64,000 bases of DNA from Phyllobacterium sp. GTDB taxonomy: Bacteria > Pseudomonadota > Alphaproteobacteria > Rhizobiales > Rhizobiaceae. The DNA lies in contig NZ_JBBNAM010000325.1 of the NCBI RefSeq assembly GCF_037994425.1, positions 2,438-66,437 of the forward strand, given 5' to 3'. The notes under the pieces were generated by a model, which was not told where the DNA came from, did no database searches, and saw nothing but the letters and a program-made list of their open reading frames with translations. The first letter of the stretch is position 1. Each line of letters starts with the position of its first letter. Shown in pieces: positions 21,235-31,332 of the stretch. The position numbers and the translations under genes were made by a program.

Positions 21235-23493
21235 CTACAAAGGCGCTACCGAGAAATACTTGAGGGATTGCGGCGTGACCTGGATATAATCCATGTCATG
21301 CTCATCTGTAGTTGTGTTGCGGTAGACATAGCCGCAAACGGTGCGGTTACGGAAATAGCCTGGATATTTTTCGCAAAGTCGGTTGCCCTGGACCTCGACG
21401 CCTCCGGTGATGTTGGTGTTGGCGCTGCGATAGGCTGTATTACCTGAACTGTCGAAAAATTGGATGAACTGCGTGCCGTTTCTGTGTTTGCCCGCCCATT
21501 TCTTGTTGTTGATCAGGTCCTGCAGTTCCGCCTCGCTCAATTGATCCGCCTGCTTCCCTTCAAAACCGAACGGCCATTGCGGAACGCGGGCCGCTTTCAA
21601 CCCGGCGAGATGGTAGTCGAGATCGTCTTTTTGCCAGTAGTCGTAGAGATAGCTGTAATAGGTCAGATTGGCGTCCGGAAACAGTTCCATCAATTTCGCC
21701 TTTTCCTCGGCCGCTGGAGTAAGCGCACCCTCATTGATATAGGCGGCGGCGAGATATTCTCGTGCGGGTTCCACCTTGGGTAGAGCATCACGCGCAGCCT
21801 CGAGCAATGGTATCGCCCGTTCGTTTTCCCGCGCGGTGTAATAAACGATGCCGGCCAGAAGCTTGAAACTCGGCTCTGGCGACGGGTCAAGCCGCAGGGC
21901 GCGGTCCATTTCGGTCGCCGCCTGCCCGCGGCTGCCGGTCTGCGCAAGGATAAGGGCAAGGTTTGCGACTGCTTCCGGATCGTTCGGCTGGGTAGCCACA
22001 GCCCTGTTCGCGGATTCCCGCGCCTCCACCTCGCGGCCATCGACGAGTTGTAGCAGCGCGAGCACGGTATGCGCCCGGGCATTGTTGGGGTCGATCTTCA
22101 GCGCTTCGCCGGCCGCATCATAGGCAATCTTCCGGGCCACAGCTGCTGACCAGAGGAAATTGTAGTCGTTGCGCCAGACGTCGACCGCCACGCGCGCGAT
22201 ACCAGCGTGGGCATTGGCAAAGTTCGGATCAAGATCAATTGCCTTCTGGTAGTATGACAAGGTCCGGCGATATGTATCAACGTCGGCGTAGAAAAATCCC
22301 TCTTGCTCGGCCCGCATATAATAGTCGTAGGCTTCAAGATTGTCGGTCGGGATACGCGCGAGCTGGTCCCGCTCGCCGTCACTGAGCTTGACCTCGAGCG
22401 CCGAGATGATCTTGCCGATCACATCGTCCTGGACAGCAAAGAGATCCGCATATTGTCGATCGTAGCGCTCGGCCCACAGGGAAAGGCCGGTGACCGCATC
22501 TATCAACTTGACGTTGATGCGCAGGCGGCTGTCCGCGCGCTGCAGCGTACCTTCAAGAATATAGTGCACGCCGAGTTCGGCGGCGACGTCCTGTATCTTG
22601 ATTGCCGAAGTGCTGACGGCGAACACGGAATGACGAGCGATGACGAAGAGGCCCGACACCTTTGAAAGCTCTGTGATGAGATCATCCGTCAGGCCCTCGG
22701 CGAGGTGGTCATGCTCTGTGTCACCGCTGACATTGATGAATGGGAGAACGGCTACCGATGGCTTATCGGGTAAAGGATAGGCAAAGCGCTGGGTGGGTGC
22801 GGAAGGCCAGATCAGGGTCCAGGGTTTGAACCACATCGAAGATCCCGCCAGCACCAAAGCGACAAGCGCGGCCGCAGCCGGAACCCGCCAGGAAAAAATC
22901 CTCTTCGGTGCGCCGAGCGTTTTGCCGGCAGCTGACGGATCGAGCACGACGCGATAGACGCGCACGGGTTCGGCAATGCTTTTAACCTTTTGTTCGCCAA
23001 GCGAGACGTAGCCCACGGGCAGTCGGGATTTGACATGATCGTAGGTCGTGCCCGAAATCGCGATGCCGCCCGGTTCGGCCAGTGCCTGTATCCGGTCGGC
23101 GATATTGACGCCGTCGCCGTGAATATCGTCTCCCTCGACGATAATGTCCCCAAGATTGACACCTATGCGGAATTCCAACCGGTGCGCGGCAGGTTCTCCG
23201 GCGTTTCGCTTTGCCTTCTGTTGCTGGATTTCGACGGCACAACGCAAGGCGTCGACGACGCTGTGAAACTCGACCAGCACACCGTCACCCATGGTCTTGA
23301 CCAGGCGACCGTGATGCTTGGCGATCCTTGGTTCAAAGACTTCATGGAGATCGCTCTGGAACCTCGCACGGGTCCCTTCTTCATCGATCTGGCTCAAACG
23401 GCCATAACCGACTACGTCGGCGATCAGTACGGCAGCGAGGTGACGTTCCATTTCCCCGTTTTCCCCGGAGCGCAATGTAACTCCGTCCGTCAT
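21235..23493 (-). CDS. Class III adenylate/guanylate cyclase with TM helix, TolB_N-like domain, TPRs and an extra C-terminal domain
   Basis: ADVVGY, VKTMGDG, GDGVNIADR; hydrophobic VPAAAALVALVLAGSSMW; KPSVAVLPF...GLTDDLITELSK; TPRs. Confidence 0.93.
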   Translation of the reverse strand: MTDGVTLRSGENGEMERHLAAVLIADVVGYGRLSQIDEEGTRARFQSDLHEVFEPRIAKHHGRLVKTMGDGVLVEFHSVVDALRCAVEIQQQKAKRNAGEPAAHRLEFRIGVNLGDIIVEGDDIHGDGVNIADRIQALAEPGGIAISGTTYDHVKSRLPVGYVSLGEQKVKSIAEPVRVYRVVLDPSAAGKTLGAPKRIFSWRVPAAAALVALVLAGSSMWFKPWTLIWPSAPTQRFAYPLPDKPSVAVLPFINVSGDTEHDHLAEGLTDDLITELSKVSGLFVIARHSVFAVSTSAIKIQDVAAELGVHYILEGTLQRADSRLRINVKLIDAVTGLSLWAERYDRQYADLFAVQDDVIGKIISALEVKLSDGERDQLARIPTDNLEAYDYYMRAEQEGFFYADVDTYRRTLSYYQKAIDLDPNFANAHAGIARVAVDVWRNDYNFLWSAAVARKIAYDAAGEALKIDPNNARAHTVLALLQLVDGREVEARESANRAVATQPNDPEAVANLALILAQTGSRGQAATEMDRALRLDPSPEPSFKLLAGIVYYTARENERAIPLLEAARDALPKVEPAREYLAAAYINEGALTPAAEEKAKLMELFPDANLTYYSYLYDYWQKDDLDYHLAGLKAARVPQWPFGFEGKQADQLSEAELQDLINNKKWAGKHRNGTQFIQFFDSSGNTAYRSANTNITGGVEVQGNRLCEKYPGYFRNRTVCGYVYRNTTTDEHDMDYIQVTPQSLKYFSVAPL

Positions 23494-23638
23494 CTTATCG
23501 CAGGTCCTCTGCCGATACCATTATGCTCAAATGGGTGAACAGTCAGCTGGGCATCCGACCGAGGATCGGAACGGTAATATTTGCCATCGCAGCTTTAATC
23601 GTCCCGAGGTTGCTCTATTTAGAGTGTAGTCTGGACTG

Positions 23639-24907
23639 ATGATGACGGAGAACCTAGTGATGCAAAGCCAATCGACCACCTCTTCTGTTTCTCCGCTCGC
23701 AGATGACGCAACCTGGCCGGTCAAGAGGCGCAGGCTGCTCGACTGGCTTGTCCAGGAGACAAGTGAAGAGCGCTTCATTGACAACATCTTCGTCGATCTC
23801 AACAACCGGCTTGCGAGGGACCACGTCCCGGTCGCGCGCTCGACGCTGCATCTCAGGACGCATCATCCCCAGTGGCTGGGAGCGCGCATTATGTGGAAGA
23901 CCGGCATGGAAAAGGCGGATATCCAGACCTTCGGTTATGATGTCGAGGAAACTGAACGGTATCGCAACAGCCCGATAGACAGGATCAAGAGCGGTGTAGG
24001 CGAGATTAGATGGCGACTAGAGAAGGATAGCAAGGAAACCTATCCTCTATACGATGAATTACGCTCGCAGGGTTATACCGATTACGTCGCCTGGCCGCTC
24101 TATCATACGTTGGGCAAGGAACACGTGGTGACCTTTGCCTCCGACAGTGAAGGTGGTTTTACTGACGAGCACATAGCCTACCTGACCGATCTTCTCCCGG
24201 CTCTGGCGCTCGTCAGCGAGATCCGATTGAAGAACAGGTTGGCGCGCACGCTGCTTGAAACCTATGTCGGGCCCCATGCCAGCGAGCAGATCCTCGCAGG
24301 CGCCACGACGCGCGGCAGCGGCGTTACCGTCGGTGCGGCCATTCTGATCTGCGATCTGCGGGATTTCACCGCGATATCTGACCTCTGGCCACGGGATGAT
24401 GTCATCGAGCTTTTGAATGGCTATTTCGATGCGATGGCGGAACCGATTGCCCGCCACGGCGGCGAAATACTGAAATTCATGGGCGATGGACTCCTTGCCA
24501 TCTTCCCGCTTAGCGATCCCATGGCTTGCCGAAATCTCCTGGAGGCCATCGGCGAAGCGCAGGTTGCGCTCGCCGTGCTCAACAAAGACCTCGTGCAAAA
24601 GGGGCGCCTCCCGCTTGGCTACGGCATCGGTGTCCATGTCGGGGACGTAATGTATGGGAATATCGGATCTCGCAGCCGTCTCGACTTCACGGTGATCGGA
24701 CCAGCTGTGAACATCGCCTCGCGGCTCGAAAGCCTGACCAAGGAAATCAAGCGACCGGTCCTCCTGTCGAAGGCATTCGTCGAGATGGCCGACTGTACGA
24801 AGGAATTCGAAAGTCTTGGTTCACACATGCTGCGCGGTCTTGATCGTCCATTCGATGTTTTTGGCCTGAAGGAGGCTGACAAGGTAGCCGTTCTGACGCA
24901 CGCCTAG
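23639..24907 (+). CDS. Class III adenylate/guanylate cyclase with GAF-like N-terminus
   Basis: ICDLRDFT, LKFMGDG, DFTVIGPAVNIASRLE. Confidence 0.93.
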   Translation: MMTENLVMQSQSTTSSVSPLADDATWPVKRRRLLDWLVQETSEERFIDNIFVDLNNRLARDHVPVARSTLHLRTHHPQWLGARIMWKTGMEKADIQTFGYDVEETERYRNSPIDRIKSGVGEIRWRLEKDSKETYPLYDELRSQGYTDYVAWPLYHTLGKEHVVTFASDSEGGFTDEHIAYLTDLLPALALVSEIRLKNRLARTLLETYVGPHASEQILAGATTRGSGVTVGAAILICDLRDFTAISDLWPRDDVIELLNGYFDAMAEPIARHGGEILKFMGDGLLAIFPLSDPMACRNLLEAIGEAQVALAVLNKDLVQKGRLPLGYGIGVHVGDVMYGNIGSRSRLDFTVIGPAVNIASRLESLTKEIKRPVLLSKAFVEMADCTKEFESLGSHMLRGLDRPFDVFGLKEADKVAVLTHA

Positions 24908-25034
24908 CAGGGACCATTGGCCCCTGCAGCATGTTCATAATTGTTTCAAAAATCCTTCATGCGGACGTGGCATAAGCGACGGCACAGTAGCAGAATAAGC
25001 TCCGCCGTCAGTTGGCCAACCCCGGAGAGGCGAT

Positions 25035-25955
25035 ATGAACAATTCGAAGGAAAATTCCGAAGCCCAGGATTGGCTCGAGGCCGAGCTCGCCGATACGCTC
25101 GACGAAGACTACGAGCTCGAACTCTCCGAGCCGGCGCTCTCGGAGGAAATCCGCAAGATTTATCGCAAGGCACACCCGCCCTCCATGCCGCGCATAGACT
25201 ATTTTCGTGCCCTCCTCTCCCTGCAGTCAGAACTGATCAAGCTTCAGGATTGGGTTGCCTACCACAAGGAAAAGGTCGTCGTAATCTTCGAGGGACGCGA
25301 TTCCGCCGGCAAGGGCGGCGTCATCAAGCGCATCACGCAACGGTTGAATCCGCGTATCGTGCGCGTGGTTGCACTTCCCGCACCGTCCGATCGCGAAAAA
25401 ACGCAGTGGTATTTCCAGCGCTATGTGCCGCACCTTCCGGCCGGCGGCGAAATCGTTCTCTTCGACCGTTCGTGGTACAACCGCTCCGGGGTTGAGCGCG
25501 TCATGGGCTTTGCCACCGAAGACCAGGTCCATGAATTCTTCCACGATGTCCCCGAATTCGAGCGCATGCTCGTGCGCTCCGGTATCCGGCTGGTCAAATA
25601 TTGGTTCTCGATCACCGACGAGGAACAACAGATGCGCTTCCTGATGCGCATCCACGACCCTCTGAAGCAGTGGAAACTTTCGCCGATGGACCTCCAATCT
25701 CGCGTACGCTGGGAATCCTACACGAAGGCCAAGGAAGAGACGTTCGCGCGCACCAATATTCCCGAAGCGCCTTGGTACATCGTCGAAGGCAATGACAAGA
25801 AGCGCGCGCGGCTCAACTGCATCGACCACCTCCTCAGCCGGATACCCTATGAGGACGTGCCGCATGAGGAGATCGCTCTTCCCGAGCGTGTGTTCAATCC
25901 AGATTATGAGCGCAAGGTCCTGCCGCCGGAACTCTATGTGCCGCCGAAATACTGA
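25035..25955 (+). CDS. ppk2: Polyphosphate kinase 2
   Basis: EGRDSAGKGG, FDRSWYNR, LKQWKLSPMD. Confidence 0.97.
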   Translation: MNNSKENSEAQDWLEAELADTLDEDYELELSEPALSEEIRKIYRKAHPPSMPRIDYFRALLSLQSELIKLQDWVAYHKEKVVVIFEGRDSAGKGGVIKRITQRLNPRIVRVVALPAPSDREKTQWYFQRYVPHLPAGGEIVLFDRSWYNRSGVERVMGFATEDQVHEFFHDVPEFERMLVRSGIRLVKYWFSITDEEQQMRFLMRIHDPLKQWKLSPMDLQSRVRWESYTKAKEETFARTNIPEAPWYIVEGNDKKRARLNCIDHLLSRIPYEDVPHEEIALPERVFNPDYERKVLPPELYVPPKY

Positions 25956-26013
25956 TCCCGTATAGTCGCGATCTAAATAACCGTCTGACTCTAGCGATTC
26001 GCGCCCGTGTAGG

Positions 26014-26067
26014 GCATCATCCTCCCAGCGGAGATTTTGTGATGCTGGCAGAGGGAGGATCGCCATG
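26014..26067 (+). promoter_or_regulatory. Leader with anti-Shine-Dalgarno helix before the EF-G paralogue
   Basis: ATCCTCCC (26019-26026) is the perfect complement of GGGAGGAT (26053-26060); a competing helix GCATCA/TGATGC is possible. Confidence 0.45.
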
Positions 26068-28026
26068 CGCTGTGTTACGGTACTCGGACCTTCGCAAACC
26101 GGAAAATCCACACTCGTGGACAAGCTGGGCTCACTTGAAGGTTCCCCACGAAAATCTGTTTCTCCTTATGGACTTGGCCTGACGGAATTCGAGTTCGGTG
26201 GCGAGGCGTGGTGCGCGCTGGACACGCCCGGCTCAGGCGAAGCAATTGCACATGCCCACCACGCGCTCCTGGCGAGCGATGCCTGCATTCTTTGTGTATC
26301 GCCCAACCCGGATGAAGCCGTCCTCGCCGCACCGTATCTGCGCGCGATTGAAGCTTCTGGCACGCCCTGCATCCTTTTCGTCAACAAGATGGACGAGCCG
26401 AGAGGCAGGCTGCGCGACGTCGTCGCCGCACTGCAGGATTACTCCAATCACACGTTGATCCTCCGCCAGATTCCCATTCGCGAAGGCGATAAGATCGTCG
26501 GCAGTTGCGACCTTATTTCCGAACGTGCCTGGCGCTATCGCGAGGGCCAGCCGTCATCGCTGATCGAGATCCCTCCTGATCTTATGGAACGCGAACACGA
26601 AGCCCGGGCGGAACTTCTCGAACATCTCTCAGAATTCGACGATTGGCTGCTGGAAGAACTGATTGAAGATCGTGAGCCGGCCACCGATGCCGTTTATTCG
26701 ATCTCCTCGCGTGTGCTGCGCGAGAACCGGATCATTCCCGTACTTGTCGGTGCCGCAAGCCACAGCAACGGAATCATGCGACTGATGAAGGCGCTTCGGC
26801 ACGAAACCCCGCAAGTTGACACGCTGCGCAAGCGGCTTGCCGCTAAGGGAAGCATCTTCGAAAGTGCGTTGATCGCCGTCAGTTTTCACGCCTATCACCG
26901 CCAGAATGTCGGCAAGACCGTTCTGGTCCGCGCATTCACCGACGGCCTGAAACAGGGTGCATTGCTTGCCGGCGCGCGGCTGGGCCCGGTGCAGGATCCC
27001 GGAACCGGGCGGCCGATCGCTTCGGGTACTGCCCCCGCCGGCGATGTCTTCGCGACTGTCAAGTCGGATCACCTCCCCGTTCCCTCACTCCTTGGCGCCG
27101 ACGGCGCCGTTGTCGCGCCCGGCTGGACTGTGGCGCCGACGCCAATGATGGAACGCATATTGGTTCCGAGCAGCGAGCGCGACGAAACAAAGCTCTCCGA
27201 AACATTGGCGAAATTGGCGGAAACTGATCGCGGCATCAAGGTAATGCAGGAAGAAGGCACCGGCGCCCAACTGATCAGCGCGCAAGGCCCCGTACATCTG
27301 CGCGACATCTGCCGGACCCTAGCCGACGTCTTCCATGTGGAGGTGAGCGAGAAGCCGCCGAGCCCCGTCTACCGCGAGACGATCTCGAAATCATCGGATG
27401 TACACTATCGCCACCGCAAGCAGACGGGCGGCGCCGGACAGTTTGCCGACGTGAAGTTGAGCGTCCGGCCCAATGCGCGCGGCGAAGGCTTCAGCTTTGC
27501 GGAAACGGTCAAGGGCGGCGCGGTTCCGCGCAACTTCATTCCCGCCGTCGAGGCGGGTGCGCGAGAAGCCATGGACAAGGGGCCTCTGGGGCTTCGGGTC
27601 ATCGATGTCGGCGTCACCCTCACCGACGGTCAACACCATTCGGTCGACAGTTCCGAATTCGCATTCCGCGCCGCAGGCAAGATGGGCGTTCGTGATGCAC
27701 TCGCCCAGGCCTCGTCTGTGCTGATGCAGCCGATCTTCCGCGTCGAAATCAACATTCCGTCGATTTACTCCGGAAGCCTCGTGCCGATCATATCCTCCTT
27801 CAAGGGTCAGGTTTTGGGCTTCGATCGCGACGAGAAGGCCAAGGGCTGGGACATCTTCCGGGCCCTCATTCCAGGCAGCGCCCTCGACGAACTCGCACGC
27901 ACATTGCGCTCGGCGACACAAGGCATCGGTACGTTTTCCAAGACATTCGATCACTTCGAGGAGATGTACGGCAAGGAGGCGGACGCGATCATCTTGGCGC
28001 AAGCCGCACACGCGAACGAGCACTGA
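26065..28026 (+). CDS. Elongation factor G-like paralogue with divergent G domain
   Basis: GPSQTGKST, DTPGS, NKMD; domain IV HRKQTGGAGQFA and HHSVDSSEFAF; not canonical fusA. Confidence 0.92.
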   Translation: MRCVTVLGPSQTGKSTLVDKLGSLEGSPRKSVSPYGLGLTEFEFGGEAWCALDTPGSGEAIAHAHHALLASDACILCVSPNPDEAVLAAPYLRAIEASGTPCILFVNKMDEPRGRLRDVVAALQDYSNHTLILRQIPIREGDKIVGSCDLISERAWRYREGQPSSLIEIPPDLMEREHEARAELLEHLSEFDDWLLEELIEDREPATDAVYSISSRVLRENRIIPVLVGAASHSNGIMRLMKALRHETPQVDTLRKRLAAKGSIFESALIAVSFHAYHRQNVGKTVLVRAFTDGLKQGALLAGARLGPVQDPGTGRPIASGTAPAGDVFATVKSDHLPVPSLLGADGAVVAPGWTVAPTPMMERILVPSSERDETKLSETLAKLAETDRGIKVMQEEGTGAQLISAQGPVHLRDICRTLADVFHVEVSEKPPSPVYRETISKSSDVHYRHRKQTGGAGQFADVKLSVRPNARGEGFSFAETVKGGAVPRNFIPAVEAGAREAMDKGPLGLRVIDVGVTLTDGQHHSVDSSEFAFRAAGKMGVRDALAQASSVLMQPIFRVEINIPSIYSGSLVPIISSFKGQVLGFDRDEKAKGWDIFRALIPGSALDELARTLRSATQGIGTFSKTFDHFEEMYGKEADAIILAQAAHANEH

Positions 28027-28056
28027 TTTGCGGCTACGCGCATCGTTCAGCTTAAG

Positions 28057-29512
28057 CTAAGCCAGTCCCATGCGTTCCGCACCGCGGCGGATGGCTTCAA
28101 CGGCGGGAGGATTGGTAATCGGATAGCCGGCAATGAACATTTCCGGGTTGAAATCAGGAAACTCGCTCGCGAGTCGAGCGGCGATTTGGTTCGCTTCTTC
28201 CATCTCACCCAACAGGGCAGGGGCCATGGCCAGGAACATATGGGTCGACGGCATGTCCTGCGGTGCGCGCCTGAACGCTGCAATCGCTTCGCGGTGGCTG
28301 CCGATGACGAAGGTCACGCGGCCGAGCATGCTGAAATACCAGACCGGTGGCAGAGCGTTGATTTGAAGCGCTCGTTCGATCAAACAACGGCCCTCGGCGG
28401 GGTCTCCCGCCGCAAGTGCCCGGCTGCCGGCGACGAGTGCAAGAACGCCGCTGTCGTTGGGAGAATTTCGTAGCGCCCGGGTATTCTCGGCGATTGCGCC
28501 TTCAAAATCCCCGCTCAATGCAAGAAAATCCCCGACACACTGCCGCGCGGGGCTATTGCCGGGATCAAGCTCCAATGCCTTGGTAGCGCAATATTTGAAG
28601 CGCTCAAGCGACGTTGCGGCATTGCCGCCATACCCGTTGGCACCTTGCACGGCGTAGGCAAAGCCCAGTTCGTCCCAACCTTGCGAAAATGAAGGATCCA
28701 ATTCCACGGCTCGGGAGAGCAATCGAATCGCATTCTCGTTCGCTGATTGACTGTAGATATTGAGCTGTTCGACCCCGAGTAGATGGCACTCGTACGCGCT
28801 CATGCTTTCAGGCGGCTTGCGCCGAACAACAATGTTACGGCGAAACTGTGCCAATTTCCCGCAGCAGCTTGCAAGGACGTTGATAACATTTTCGCTCACG
28901 GACTCTGCACCGCAAAGACGTCATCGGTGGGCTCGTCAAACCGCGCCGACCACAGACTCTCACCGCTCTTCGCATCGACAAGCTGAACGGAGATGCGCAA
29001 ATGATCATTTGCCGCTGCCTGCAGGCTGCATTCGACAAGATAATCGGCGTGAAGGTCGCGCCCAATGGAGCGCGGATCGTCATGGCGGCCCTTGAGTGCG
29101 AACATCGTGTAGCGGGAAATCACCGCGAGGTCTGGGTAACGGGCAAGGTCGACGATAAGGTCGGTCGTCAGCCCATCTGCAAGGCGTGACCAGCGATCGT
29201 CGCCAGCCAGATTGTCAAACGGCAAGACGGCGATGATTGGGGGACCGGACGTTTCCTCGGAAGAGTGGAGCGGAGACGGCCCGACATCGTCGGCCTGCTG
29301 AGCGGAAAGTGATTGGCAAGTGCCATTTTATTGTGCACGCCGAGTTTCTGATAAATGACGGAGAGATGCGTTCGTACCGTTGTCGGTGCGATGAAAAGCG
29401 CTTCCCCGATTTCACGATAGGTCATTCCCGCAACGAATTTCGCCGCGACGTCGCCCTCGCGCACCGAAAGGTCGGCGCACAGTTTCGCATCGATGGTGTC
29501 GCGAGGCGCCAA
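28057..29512 (-). pseudogene. LuxR-HTH / TolB_N-like / TPR regulator split by two frameshifts
   Basis: LuxR HTH (LSVREG...TVRTHLSVIYQKLGV), then IIAVLPFDNL...GLTTDLIVDL, then TPRs, in three ORFs; each junction (about 29307 and 28900) is repaired by adding one base. Confidence 0.85.
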
Positions 29513-29681
29513 AACGTGTCCCCTTCATTGGCGAACTGCGTAGACCCCCGCAAAAATACTACAAATGCAGTACCGAGAACACTGCATTTGCGCGATTCCG
29601 GGTTTACGACGGTCAAGCTAATCTCAGGATCGGCTGCAGGGTTGGATACTGCCACGTTTCGAAGCGGCCGAAGGGGGAATC

Positions 29682-29996
29682 ATGAATACGCCACTTCTTG
29701 CCTCAACATTTCTCGGTCTGCTGTTGTTGCAATGCCAGCCGACGATCGCGGACGAACAACCCGGAAAAATCATAATCGCAGAAGAAACGGTCCGGATCAT
29801 CAGCGAGCGCTCCTATGCAAACCTTTTGCGCCAAGCCCATGAAAAAGGCTGGCGCTATCCAAGGAAACAGATCGAGGCCGGCTTCAGGCGCCATTTTGAG
29901 GAGCTCAAACTGCAGTTATTGGCCCAGGGGTTCACGATCGTATACGAGGACGCAAACGACGAAAAACATCCGGCTGAGGTCGGTCAGGAACTTTGA
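29682..29996 (+). CDS. Hypothetical exported protein
   Basis: AAGGGGG RBS; signal-peptide-like N-terminus; 104 aa. Confidence 0.6.
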   Translation: MNTPLLASTFLGLLLLQCQPTIADEQPGKIIIAEETVRIISERSYANLLRQAHEKGWRYPRKQIEAGFRRHFEELKLQLLAQGFTIVYEDANDEKHPAEVGQEL

Positions 29997-30119
29997 TTAT
30001 CACCATGAGTTGGCGTCGAAGGACCAAAGATAATGGCATAAACAATGCGGTAATATAATACCTTTGAAGCAACTTATTGATTTATATCACTTTTCTGACG
30101 TACTGTCCAAAATCTAGTG

Positions 30120-30147
30120 CTTGACGCGCGCGCCTTAGCCCTATATT
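30120..30147 (+). promoter_or_regulatory. Candidate RpoD promoter of rplM-rpsI
   Basis: CTTGAC and CTATAT present, but the spacer is 15 nt rather than the usual 17. Confidence 0.45.
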
Positions 30148-30272
30148 GAACCTCTCGACTGCGGTGGGTCCTTCCCGCCGCTTTTCATTGTTGCCGAAAT
30201 TATCGAATTTCGCGCAACGCAAGCAACAAGAAAAGCCTTCCTTTGTGAAGGATGATCTCAAGGACGAACACA

Positions 30273-30737
30273 ATGGCTACCTTCTCTCAGAAGCCGGCAG
30301 AAGTGACGAAAAAGTGGATACTGATTGACGCCGAGGGTCTCGTCGTCGGCCGTCTCGCCACTCTCGTCGCCAACCGCCTGCGCGGCAAGCATAAAGCGAC
30401 CTTCACCCCGCACGTTGACGATGGCGACAATGTCATCATCATCAATGCCGACAAGGTTGTCTTCACCGGCAAGAAGCTCACCGACAAGGTTTACTACTGG
30501 CACACCGGCCATCCAGGCGGCATCAAGGAACGCACTGCCCGCCAGCTGCTCGAAGGCCGTTTTCCGGAACGCGTCGTCGAAAAGGCCGTTGAGCGCATGG
30601 TTCCCCGCGGACCGCTCGGCCGTCGCCAGATGAAGAACCTGCGCGTATACGCTGGTTCCAATCACCCGCATGAAGCTCAGTCTCCCGAAGTCCTCGACGT
30701 CGGCGCGCTGAACACCAAGAACAAAAGGAGCGCATAA
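30273..30737 (+). CDS. rplM: 50S ribosomal protein L13
   Basis: [36 protein letters not shown]. Confidence 0.99.
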   Translation: MATFSQKPAEVTKKWILIDAEGLVVGRLATLVANRLRGKHKATFTPHVDDGDNVIIINADKVVFTGKKLTDKVYYWHTGHPGGIKERTARQLLEGRFPERVVEKAVERMVPRGPLGRRQMKNLRVYAGSNHPHEAQSPEVLDVGALNTKNKRSA

Positions 30738-30739
30738 GA

Positions 30740-31216
30740 ATGGCTGAGCTCAATTCGCTCGAAGCTCTCGGCACGATTGCCGCCAGCACGCCTGCCGCAG
30801 CGCCGGTCCATGTCCAGAAGCTTGACGCCAAAGGCCGCGCCTACGCGACCGGCAAGCGCAAGGATGCGGTTGCCCGCGTCTGGATCAAGCCCGGTTCTGG
30901 CAAGATCGTCATCAACGACAAGGAATACGGCAAGTATTTCGCACGTCCGGTCCTGCAGATGATCCTGCAGCAGCCGATCGTTGCTGCCAACCGCGCCGGT
31001 CAGTACGACATCATCGCTACGGTTGCCGGTGGCGGCCTTTCCGGTCAGGCTGGTGCCGTTCGTCACGGCATTTCCAAGGCGCTTACCTACTTCGAGCCCG
31101 CGTTGCGCGGCGTTCTGAAGAAGGGCGGCTTCCTGACGCGCGACAGCCGCGTTGTCGAACGCAAAAAGTACGGCAAGGCCAAGGCCCGTCGTTCGTTCCA
31201 GTTCTCGAAGCGCTAA
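30740..31216 (+). CDS. rpsI: 30S ribosomal protein S9
   Basis: [28 protein letters not shown]. Confidence 0.99.
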   Translation: MAELNSLEALGTIAASTPAAAPVHVQKLDAKGRAYATGKRKDAVARVWIKPGSGKIVINDKEYGKYFARPVLQMILQQPIVAANRAGQYDIIATVAGGGLSGQAGAVRHGISKALTYFEPALRGVLKKGGFLTRDSRVVERKKYGKAKARRSFQFSKR

Positions 31217-31242
31217 TACAGCGTTCAATCGGACAAGAACAG

Positions 31243-31269
31243 AAAGCGGGCCTTCGGGTCCGCTTTTTT
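31243..31269 (+). terminator. Intrinsic terminator after rpsI
   Basis: AAAGCGGGCC-TTCG-GGTCCGCTTT-TTT; UUCG tetraloop. Confidence 0.93.
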
Positions 31270-31332
31270 GTTGCGATCATCTCTGAATGAAGTTTATCGA
31301 GTAACGGTGACGCGTCACCCACGGAGAGCCAC

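Noticed and set aside
24925-24945. LexA-like GTTC-N7-TTTC upstream of ppk2
   Set aside because: One mismatch in a short motif and no supporting context.
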